Of a stretch of 63,193 nt of DNA, positions 37,011 through 44,647 are shown piece after piece. A model generated the notes under the pieces. It was not told the DNA's origin and searched no databases. It saw nothing but the letters and a program-made list of their open reading frames with translations. Source of the DNA: Nitrospirae bacterium UBA4572. Lineage in GTDB: Bacteria > Nitrospirota > Leptospirillia > Leptospirillales > Leptospirillaceae. The first letter of the stretch is position 1; each line of letters begins with the position of its first letter. The DNA lies in the NCBI GenBank assembly GCA_002387725.1, contig DGKK01000025.1:10400-73592 (forward strand), given 5' to 3'. A program made the position numbers and the translations under genes.

Positions 37011-38063
37011 TCAGGGGTTGAATGTGAGCGTGTAGAGCGATGTTTCCGGGGTGAGGAAGACAAGGTCCAGCCGGTGAGGTCCATAGCTTTGTCCGGTGAC
37101 GATGGCATACATCCGGGAGCCGTTAACCCGGACGATGGTTCCGGACTTCGGATCGATCGTGGTGTCGGATCCGGCCTCATCTTTTGCAAGGGGGTGCCCA
37201 TCGACGGTGACAAGAACGATGCCTTCGGATTGGCCCTTCGGACGCCTCATCACGGCATTGACCCCCCGTCCCTGATAATAGACAGTGAGCACCGGAGGAT
37301 GATTGTCTTTTGAAATTCCCGAAAAAACATGATCCGGAGTTGATGACCATAACCCATTAAGAATTATTGAATTATTTATTTTTGTTTGGCCAGAATAGTA
37401 ATATTCTTTTTTATGAAAACCCGAGGCATTTCCAAGGTGTCCCCGATCTGTTCCGGCATAGAGCTCGGGGGTGAGGTCGGGGGAAAAACCGCCAGAATCC
37501 AAATTTCCCTGAGGCGGAGCGGGAAGATGAAGGGCGGAGACGATACTGTCTTCAAGCTCATCATATCCGCCCTCTCCGATGGAGTGGTAGAGAAGTGTAC
37601 CGTCGGGGCCATAGAGGTAGTCTGAGGGCCAGTAATGATTTTTGAAACGTCTCCAGAGCGTCTGATCCTTGTCGAGAACGACGGGAAAAATGATGTGGTA
37701 CTGGGCGATGGCCCTCTCGACTCTCTCCGGCCGTGCGGCAAAGTCGAATTCGGGAGAATGGATCCCGACAATGACGAGACCCTTGTCCTTGTATTTTCGA
37801 TAGATCTCATCAAGATGGGGAAATGTTCGAATGCAGTTGATGCAGGTGTAGTCCCAAAAATCATAGAGGACAACTTTTCCCTGAAGATGGGGAGGAGAAA
37901 CAGGTCCCTGTCCATTCACCCACCCCCCATTTCCCTCAAGGGAGATGGGAGAGCCGAAGGAACGGGCAGGAAAGCCCAAAAGAACAATAAGGGCGGAGAT
38001 AAGACAAAAGGAGGTGAGAAAAGAGAAAAGAGTTCGGATCGGGATAGTTCCGGAATCTTTCAT
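37011..38063 (-). CDS. Secreted thioredoxin-fold protein with a C-terminal beta-rich domain (DipZ C-terminal-like)
   Basis: Start at ATG 38063 (SD GGGAG). Has a signal/TM segment, a redoxin motif VVLYDFWDYTCINCIRTFPHL (CxxC) and a ~190-aa extra C-terminal domain. Confidence 0.75.
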   Translation of the reverse strand: MKDSGTIPIRTLFSFLTSFCLISALIVLLGFPARSFGSPISLEGNGGWVNGQGPVSPPHLQGKVVLYDFWDYTCINCIRTFPHLDEIYRKYKDKGLVIVGIHSPEFDFAARPERVERAIAQYHIIFPVVLDKDQTLWRRFKNHYWPSDYLYGPDGTLLYHSIGEGGYDELEDSIVSALHLPAPPQGNLDSGGFSPDLTPELYAGTDRGHLGNASGFHKKEYYYSGQTKINNSIILNGLWSSTPDHVFSGISKDNHPPVLTVYYQGRGVNAVMRRPKGQSEGIVLVTVDGHPLAKDEAGSDTTIDPKSGTIVRVNGSRMYAIVTGQSYGPHRLDLVFLTPETSLYTLTFNP

Positions 38064-38162
38064 CGGCAGATCTCCCGGAGGGAAAATGATAGGGGCAAGA
38101 AAAAGAAAAGGAAGGCCCGAAGGCCCTCCTTTTAATTGGATCAAAGGTTCAGAAATGAGAAG

Positions 38163-38447
38163 TCAGGGATGTTTCCCCGTCCAGGATTCGGGACGGAATC
38201 CCTCCTTGGAAAGCTCGAAGGTGTCTTTAAGGTCCGTGATCATGATCATCTTGATGGCGTGGTGTTTGGCAAGGTCATCACAGATTCCCACGCAGATCTC
38301 ACAGCCCTTGCACCGATCAACGGCAACGAAGGCCGTTTTGGCGGCGTTATCGTAGAGGATGGTGTTGGCCTCGGGGCAATACTGGGTGCAGAGGCGACAG
38401 GCAGTTTCACTGCAGATAGCTTGGTCGATATGCGCGACAAGATACAA
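38163..38447 (-). CDS. 2-oxoacid:ferredoxin oxidoreductase, small 2x[4Fe-4S] ferredoxin-like subunit
   Basis: 94-aa ORF with two four-Cys clusters (CSETACRLCTQYCP and CKGCEICVGIC). Last gene of the OFOR cluster. Confidence 0.85.
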   Translation of the reverse strand: MYLVAHIDQAICSETACRLCTQYCPEANTILYDNAAKTAFVAVDRCKGCEICVGICDDLAKHHAIKMIMITDLKDTFELSKEGFRPESWTGKHP

Positions 38448-38468
38448 GGGATTTCTCCTTTAGTTAGA

Positions 38469-39164
38469 TCAGACGGAGGCCTTTTGGCTCTTAGCGGCCC
38501 AGCCGTGATCCTGGGCATATTGGTAGGCGGCGGCAATAACGGCCATGTTGCTCTTCAGAAGCTGCTCTTTTTTGGCAAATTTCTTTTCGATCACATTGTC
38601 GAGAGCGGCCGTGCCTCCGGAGACGACAAATCCCTTTCCGAGAAAGCGTTCACGGACAGACTGTTCGAGGGATTCCATCGACGGGATGCCAAGAATCGAG
38701 GCGATGGCTCCCACCATGGCCATGTTTGTGGCGAGGTCGGTTCCGCCGACTTCACGGGCCATGGTTGTGGCCGGAAGGTAGTGGATCCGTGCCTGACGCT
38801 CCTCAAGTTCGCGAACCTCATCGGGCTGCAGGGGAATCGGGGTGTCGGAGTTGATGAGGACGACACCGTTCTGCTTGAGTCCGGAATAGAACGGCATCGT
38901 ATAGGATTTTCCGTGAGTGATCACCTGAGGATGGAAAATCATGATCACGTTGGGGTAGATGATTTCCCCAATTTCATAAATTCTGTCGATGGCAATGCGA
39001 ACGTAGGATTCAACCGGAGCCATGCGCTTCTCGGAGCCGAAAAAGGGAACAAGGGTGCTTTCCCCGCCATTGATCACCATCCCGTTGCTCAGGATGTGGG
39101 AGGCGGTGACGACTCCCTGGCCTCCGATACCGGCCATACGGATGTTGTAACGCTTGAGTTGCAT
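38469..39164 (-). CDS. 2-oxoacid:ferredoxin oxidoreductase, gamma subunit
   Basis: 231-aa ORF. N-terminus IRMAGIGGQGVVTASHIL is typical of the OFOR gamma domain. Confidence 0.9.
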   Translation of the reverse strand: MQLKRYNIRMAGIGGQGVVTASHILSNGMVINGGESTLVPFFGSEKRMAPVESYVRIAIDRIYEIGEIIYPNVIMIFHPQVITHGKSYTMPFYSGLKQNGVVLINSDTPIPLQPDEVRELEERQARIHYLPATTMAREVGGTDLATNMAMVGAIASILGIPSMESLEQSVRERFLGKGFVVSGGTAALDNVIEKKFAKKEQLLKSNMAVIAAAYQYAQDHGWAAKSQKASV

Positions 39165-39229
39165 GGTGCGATCTCCTTCAATTGGGGGAGGAGAGAACGA
39201 TTGCCGTTTCCCCTCCCGGGTCCTGACTC

Positions 39230-40093
39230 CTACTTCTTGGCTTTCTTGGAGGTATCGATGGATTCAAGGTAGGCCTTGGCTTCATCGGAGATGATTTCCA
39301 TGAAACCGTAACGCTTCGATTCGATCTCCCGGGCATCGTCAAGAACCTTCGGGGTCGGGATGGCGTATTCGATATTGCAGGAGGTGTAGGCCTGAATAAA
39401 GGTGGGACCGACTTCTCGGGCAATCATGACGGCTTTCCTAACCACGGAAGCCACCCGGGTCGGATTGGTGGGGGTCAGACGGGCAATGTAGGCAACGCCT
39501 GATGTCTGGGCCAGACCGATCATGTCCATCTTGTCGAAGAGCTTGCCCTTGGGGGCCATCTTGAGGAGGGCACCGCGCTCGGTCATGCCGCTCTCCTGAC
39601 CTCCGGTATTCCCATAGACTTCGTTGTCGAGCATGATGGTGGTAAAACGTTCCTTGCGGAACCAGGAGTGCATCACGGCGCTGAAACCGATGTCCGCCAG
39701 TCCGCCGTCACCTGCCATCACGACCACGTCCTTGGCCTGATCCTTGAACCGGACTTCAAGGCCGCGCTTGAGGCCGGAGGCCACCGCATTGGTGTCCCCG
39801 TAGTTTCCGTAGATGAAGGGAATCGAAGTCTGGGTCAATGCGAGTCGACCGCATCCGGCCGTTCCGATGAGAATGGTGTGCTCGGGGTTGGGGAGTCCCA
39901 CCATCGTGAGACGGATGAAAAGGGTCATGGCGCAACCGGCGCACATGGGATGCTCCTCGAGGACCTCCTTGAAGGAGCCCATTTCGGAGACCTTTTTCTG
40001 TTTCCCGTAGGGACCGCGCTCCACGAGGTCCACGTATTCCTTGGTCATGTACTTCTCCCAACCGGGAGTGATGGTCATATTCTTAAAGCTCAT
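39230..40093 (-). CDS. 2-oxoacid:ferredoxin oxidoreductase, beta (TPP-binding) subunit
   Basis: 287-aa ORF with Cys ligands (HPMCAGCA, GTAGCG) and TPP motif VVMAGDGGLADIGFS...NEVYGNTGGQ. Confidence 0.92.
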   Translation of the reverse strand: MSFKNMTITPGWEKYMTKEYVDLVERGPYGKQKKVSEMGSFKEVLEEHPMCAGCAMTLFIRLTMVGLPNPEHTILIGTAGCGRLALTQTSIPFIYGNYGDTNAVASGLKRGLEVRFKDQAKDVVVMAGDGGLADIGFSAVMHSWFRKERFTTIMLDNEVYGNTGGQESGMTERGALLKMAPKGKLFDKMDMIGLAQTSGVAYIARLTPTNPTRVASVVRKAVMIAREVGPTFIQAYTSCNIEYAIPTPKVLDDAREIESKRYGFMEIISDEAKAYLESIDTSKKAKK

Positions 40094-40177
40094 TGGTCAG
40101 CTCCATATTCTTGATAAGTCAAAGAAGTTTTCTTTTGACGTCGTGTTGTTCTGATGACCCTGAATGTCTTGACGTGG

Positions 40178-41422
40178 CTAAAAAACAAATTTCTTGTTCG
40201 GGAAGATCGTCTGAAGGATCATCTCCGTGGGCATGGACATACCGCCGTAGACCCGAGGTCCGGCAACGATCTCTGCCTTGGAGTGTCCGTACAGTGCGGT
40301 GACGATTTCACGATGAAGCCATCCCATGTAGTTAAACTCGGGGACGATGATTCTCTTCGCGTGCTTGCAGGCCTCGCGAAGTTCCGGCGTGGGGAAGGGG
40401 CGAATCGAACGGACCTTGATGAGTCCGATCTTGGTGTTGTGTTCCTCTTCCGCCTGACGGACAGCCTCCCGGGACTGGGAGACGGCACTCCCGGAAGCGA
40501 TCAGCATGATTTCTGCATCTGGGTTGACGACCTCGATCAGGCCTCCCATGTATTTGTTGATGTAGCGACGGGCTCTCTCGTTGGCAGCCCATACTTCCTG
40601 CTGCCAGGAGGCATGAACCTGATAGCTGATGAAGTTGCTCTTCTGGATCGGCGCATCGCGGGAAAGACGGGCCGGAGGATTTTCGTTGTCCATTGCCGGA
40701 ACGGCTTCGGCATAGGGATCTCTCGGAGGAAGCTTGATGTCCTTCGAGGGAATGTTGACATATCCGCGGGCATGGGTGACAAAGAATCCGTCCACCGCCA
40801 CCGCCACGGGGAGGGTGACCTCAGGTCGCTCGGAAATGATGAAGGCCTTCATGGTGTAGTCGAAGAAGTCCTGCTGATTCTCTCCGTGGAGGAGGATAAG
40901 ACCGGAATTGAGAAGATAGGCGAGCTCGACATTGTCGGGCTGGATGGCGAGAGGGGCATTGACCACCCGGCACATGATCAGGAGAACTGCGGGAATCCGT
41001 CCACCTGGCCAGGAGGCGATCACTTCCATGCCTCTCATGAGTCCGGGACCGGCGGTGGCGGTCATGGACCGGGCGCCTGCCCGGGAAGAGCCGGCAATGG
41101 CGGACATCACGCCGATTTCTTCTTCTCCACGGAAATATTCCTTGACATATCCTTCGGCCCAAAGGGAGCCCACCTGCTGCATGGTCTCGCTCTGGGGAGT
41201 GATCGGGTAGGAGATGGCGACGTCGACGTTGGAGCGGCGAATGGCCTCCTTGGCGGCTTCGGACCCTGTAATGAACGCTCTTTCCCGAGGGGCTTCGAAG
41301 AACATGTATTCCGGGGTAACGACCTTCTGTCGATCGCCCGCGGAGAGTTCGCTCTCGGGGGTTCCCTTGACTTCAGGGGCTTTGCCTGCCTGGACGTCTT
41401 TGACTCCTGCCGAATCGGACAT
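40178..41422 (-). CDS. 2-oxoacid:ferredoxin oxidoreductase, alpha subunit
   Basis: 414-aa ORF with the YPITP motif (VAISYPITPQSE) and an OFOR domain I/II pattern. Confidence 0.92.
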   Translation of the reverse strand: MSDSAGVKDVQAGKAPEVKGTPESELSAGDRQKVVTPEYMFFEAPRERAFITGSEAAKEAIRRSNVDVAISYPITPQSETMQQVGSLWAEGYVKEYFRGEEEIGVMSAIAGSSRAGARSMTATAGPGLMRGMEVIASWPGGRIPAVLLIMCRVVNAPLAIQPDNVELAYLLNSGLILLHGENQQDFFDYTMKAFIISERPEVTLPVAVAVDGFFVTHARGYVNIPSKDIKLPPRDPYAEAVPAMDNENPPARLSRDAPIQKSNFISYQVHASWQQEVWAANERARRYINKYMGGLIEVVNPDAEIMLIASGSAVSQSREAVRQAEEEHNTKIGLIKVRSIRPFPTPELREACKHAKRIIVPEFNYMGWLHREIVTALYGHSKAEIVAGPRVYGGMSMPTEMILQTIFPNKKFVF

Positions 41423-41748
41423 TCATGACTCCTTAATATGGAAGATGGTCAGTGAAGAGAGGGTGAAAACGCTAAAGCTTGATTGAATCGGGCCAAGGCT
41501 CCGAACCAGGGTCCAGGGGGACGCCAGAGTTGTCGTGGCGTGTCGTGAACCAAGGCATGCCGGGAATCCGTGTCTATTTCCTGGGCTAAGGAGATCGGCA
41601 TATGAAGAAAGCCATCAACCCGGGATCTGCCTGTCCAATTTGTCCCGGAGAGGATCCCGCATCTTCAATCAGCCTGCGACAACAATATTATCCAGCGTTC
41701 GAATACACTATCACCAGTTCTCAAATCAAGTCAAACCTGGGGAAGTCT

Positions 41749-41777
41749 CCTCTTGATCCCTTGAAGGGATCAAGAGG
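41749..41777 (-). terminator. Perfect 12-bp-stem hairpin (CCTCTTGATCCC-TTGAA-GGGATCAAGAGG), possible terminator or processing/operator site
   Basis: Seen directly, ~70 nt downstream of the 203-aa gene stop. There is no clean U-tract on the minus-strand transcript, so the terminator assignment is tentative. Confidence 0.35.
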
Positions 41778-41845
41778 CCGGATTCCTGCGAAAGTTCTTG
41801 TTTCGTTTCTTTTTTTCTCTCTCCTAGCAGTCAATCCAGGAAGAC

Positions 41846-42457
41846 TCATTCGGCATGTTCGTCGAGTCCTGCGGCGAGATCATGGCGAAACTCCTCTGGA
41901 ATGTGCAGGGCCTTTGTCTCGTCCCACTTCCAGTCCGGACGCTTTTCGGGGTATTTGACGAGATTCCGGGAATGGGCCACCCCTTCCGGTGTGGCTCCCC
42001 AGGGAGTGAAGGCGGAATCGGAGAGAAGGGCCGAGATCTCGCGGGTCAGACTTTGTAAAAGGTCGAGCTCCCGGACATCGAGATGAATGTGGCCCGTCGG
42101 GGCTAGGCCATGGTCATCAAGAAGAAGGATGGTCCCGCAGGAATCCCGGATGCTCTCGAGGTGCACAAGGATGGAATCCAGCCGGCCCTTGGGAATCCCG
42201 GAGAGAAGAGTGATTCCCGATGAGAAGACAAGGGTGTCCGCCGGCTTGAAGTCGGAAACGTGCGCCAGATCGATGGCGGGAATCGTCTCCTCGAAAAAAC
42301 GCATCAGGCGACGGCGCTCCGCATCGGTATCATTCCAACCCCAACGGGTCGACGATCCGATCATGAGCGTAGGGCGCTCCGAGGTCAGAATCAATCGGGC
42401 AAGGGATCGCACATCATGAGAAGCGGCGTGTGTGGGTGTCATTGTGGTCTCTCGCAT
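41846..42457 (-). CDS. 203-aa soluble protein, candidate fifth (ForD/PorD-like) subunit of a five-subunit OFOR
   Basis: ORF with no motif I can assign. Its size (~22 kDa) and position upstream of alpha-beta-gamma-ferredoxin match my recollection of the Hydrogenobacter forDABGE layout. The start may be ATG 42457 or 42442. Confidence 0.55.
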   Translation of the reverse strand: MRETTMTPTHAASHDVRSLARLILTSERPTLMIGSSTRWGWNDTDAERRRLMRFFEETIPAIDLAHVSDFKPADTLVFSSGITLLSGIPKGRLDSILVHLESIRDSCGTILLLDDHGLAPTGHIHLDVRELDLLQSLTREISALLSDSAFTPWGATPEGVAHSRNLVKYPEKRPDWKWDETKALHIPEEFRHDLAAGLDEHAE

Positions 42458-42589
42458 ATAGTGTGGTCGGTTCTGAACAAAAGGAAGAGCTTCCGTGACG
42501 GTGTGTCGGTCTGAAATCCCGCTCCTGGGATGTTTTGTCCGGTCTTTCTATGTTAAGGGTCCTTCGAGGACCAAATCAAGGAGCAGCCG

Positions 42590-43081
42590 TCAGGAGTGGT
42601 GAGGAGGAGACCCAAAGGCCCGGAGCACTCCCTCGACAATGGCCTCCGGAGGAGGGGGACAGCCGTGAACTGTGACATCGGGTGGAAGAATTGAGGAAAG
42701 TCCATCGTGGGTCGCGTAGCTTCCCCGGAACACCCCTCCGGAGATGGCGCAGTCCCCAACGGCCAGGACCCGTTTCGGAGCGGGCATCGCCTGGTGGGTC
42801 GTTTCAAGGGCTTCCTTCATATGGCAGCTCACCGGTCCGGTAACCAGAAGAATGTCGGCGTGGCGCGGAGAGGCAACAAATGAGAATCCAAGGCTGGAGA
42901 GGGAGGTGACGGGATTTTCCAGGGCCCAGAGTTCGAGCTCGCATCCATTGCAGGAGCCGGCATCCACATGGCGGATGGAGGCGCTATGGAGAAACGGAGG
43001 TCGTCCTGTCTCTTCCTGAGTCCTGGTGGGAGATTCGGTCAGTGTGCCTGTCTTCAAAATCTTCCAGAGAAGTTTCCACAT
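42590..43081 (-). CDS. NuoB/HycG/HyfI-like small subunit (one [4Fe-4S] site retained)
   Basis: 163-aa ORF with DAGSCNGCELE, VGDCAISGG and VHGCPPPP, the four-Cys pattern of the proximal/N2-type cluster. Confidence 0.9.
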   Translation of the reverse strand: MWKLLWKILKTGTLTESPTRTQEETGRPPFLHSASIRHVDAGSCNGCELELWALENPVTSLSSLGFSFVASPRHADILLVTGPVSCHMKEALETTHQAMPAPKRVLAVGDCAISGGVFRGSYATHDGLSSILPPDVTVHGCPPPPEAIVEGVLRAFGSPPHHS

Positions 43082-43090
43082 GGGAGTCTC

Positions 43091-44647
43091 CTAAAGGTCC
43101 GAGGCACTGTAGCTCGGATTGAATGACTTGTTGATCAGAGGGAAGTCGGCCACGAGATTCCCGGGGACAGAGGCTTCAAGCGCATGCCACAGAAGGGGCG
43201 AACCATCCGCGATATGGGCATCTGCGAGAATCTTGCCCGGGAGGATCCGGACCCATCCCAGAACCTCTCCGCGGAACCCTTCCACAATGCCGGCTCCTTC
43301 CCGGGGGGCCGGAGGGTCCGGGATCGTCGCGCAGATGTCGGGTCCGGGAAAGCTTGTCAGGAGGGCATGAGTCAGTCGCAGGGATTCAAATATTTCGAAA
43401 AAACGGATCCGGACCCGAGAGGCCACGTCTCCGATATGGTCGAGCGCCAGGGCGGGAGCAAAGCGGTGCACAGGGTCTTCCCGATGGTCGACGCGAAGAT
43501 CCCATCCCTGACCACTGGCGCGGCCAGCCACCCCTCCGATCCCCAGTCTGCCGGCAACCTCCGGAGACAGAATGCCCGTATTCTGGAATCGATCCTGAAG
43601 CCCGCCGTGATCGGCGTAAATCCTTTCAAGAAGGGAGACCTCGGCCTGAAGTCGTTCATTCTCCAGGAGAAGGGTTTCGATCATGGCTCCGGAGAGGCCT
43701 GTTGAGACACCTCCGGGAACAACCGAATCAAAGAGGAGTCGGTGGCCGAAAAGGGACAGGTTGATGCGATGCATGGCTTCGCGGAGGGGATGAAAGAGGG
43801 AGAGAGCGACAGCGAGCCCCGCATCATTTCCGAGAGCCCCCAGGTCGGCCAGGTGATTCGCGATTCTCTCCCTCTCCAGCAGAATGGCCCGGACAAACCG
43901 GACCCCCTCCGAGATCTCGATATCCAGGGCCTCTTCGACGGCCTTTGAAAAGGCCAGCGAGGTGGCCACTGCCGAATCTCCCGAAATCCGTGAGGCCAAA
44001 CGGGCGGCTTCCGGGAGATTCCGTCCCCGAAAAAGGCGCGCGATTCCCTTGTGGGTATAGCCCATCCGGGTCTCCAGACGGAGGACTTTTTCTCCGACAA
44101 CGGAAAAGCGGAAATGACCCGGCTCGATGATGCCGGCGTGAACGGGCCCGACGGGAATCTCATGGACGCCGTCCCCGCGGACCCTTACGAAAGGATAGTC
44201 CATACCTTGAGCCAGGCGTGTCAGGGGAGAAGGGGTGTGTGAGAGGGGGGGATGGCTCCAGAGGCCGTGATCAATCCAGGGACGAAGGTCCGCCAACCCG
44301 TCCGGGATGAGCCCAAAGAGATCGTGGATCGTACGCTCAAAGCGGGCAGCAGGAGGGAAGATTGAGGAGAGGGAGGGAAAAGAGACGGCGTCCTTTGGCA
44401 GGGAAAGGGACAGAAGAACAAGACCTTCCCTGAGCAGAATCGCTGCCCGGATGGCCGGGAGGGACTCGGACCAGAGCGTCAGAAGCCTGGCTCCATTGCT
44501 GGACAGAAGGCGCGCCTGTGCCAGGTAACGGTCGGGTGACTCGGTGACGAGAAAGGTATGGGGAATGCCGCCATGAAGACGATCAAAGCCGGTCTCGGGA
44601 GAAAAAAAAGGGGATGAGTCACCCTCCATGGGGACCTCCAAGGACAA
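43091..44647 (-). CDS. Fused NuoC-NuoD / HycE-HyfG-like subunit lacking all Ni-Fe ligand cysteines
   Basis: 518-aa ORF with a NuoC-like FERTIHDLFGL and a HycE-like core (VGPVHAGIIEPGHFRF). The ligand motifs read RISGDSAVAT and NPSYSASDL. There is a single Cys in the whole protein. Confidence 0.9.
   Translation of the reverse strand: MSLEVPMEGDSSPFFSPETGFDRLHGGIPHTFLVTESPDRYLAQARLLSSNGARLLTLWSESLPAIRAAILLREGLVLLSLSLPKDAVSFPSLSSIFPPAARFERTIHDLFGLIPDGLADLRPWIDHGLWSHPPLSHTPSPLTRLAQGMDYPFVRVRGDGVHEIPVGPVHAGIIEPGHFRFSVVGEKVLRLETRMGYTHKGIARLFRGRNLPEAARLASRISGDSAVATSLAFSKAVEEALDIEISEGVRFVRAILLERERIANHLADLGALGNDAGLAVALSLFHPLREAMHRINLSLFGHRLLFDSVVPGGVSTGLSGAMIETLLLENERLQAEVSLLERIYADHGGLQDRFQNTGILSPEVAGRLGIGGVAGRASGQGWDLRVDHREDPVHRFAPALALDHIGDVASRVRIRFFEIFESLRLTHALLTSFPGPDICATIPDPPAPREGAGIVEGFRGEVLGWVRILPGKILADAHIADGSPLLWHALEASVPGNLVADFPLINKSFNPSYSASDL

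Noticed and set aside
39165-39229. Intercistronic stem-like sequences between OFOR beta and gamma (GGGAGGGGA...TCTCCTCCCCC), and a 6-bp hairpin after the NuoB-like gene (42558-42572).
   Set aside because: The stems are short or imperfect with no U-tracts. They are more likely mRNA-stability or coupling elements than terminators, and there is not enough evidence for a feature call.
41602-41958. Annotating the 118-aa plus-strand ORF as a gene.
   Set aside because: It has a good SD-ATG. However, the ORF reads through a strong hairpin and then antisense into the 203-aa gene, and its composition becomes shadow-ORF-like. It is reported only as an observation within the spacer finding.
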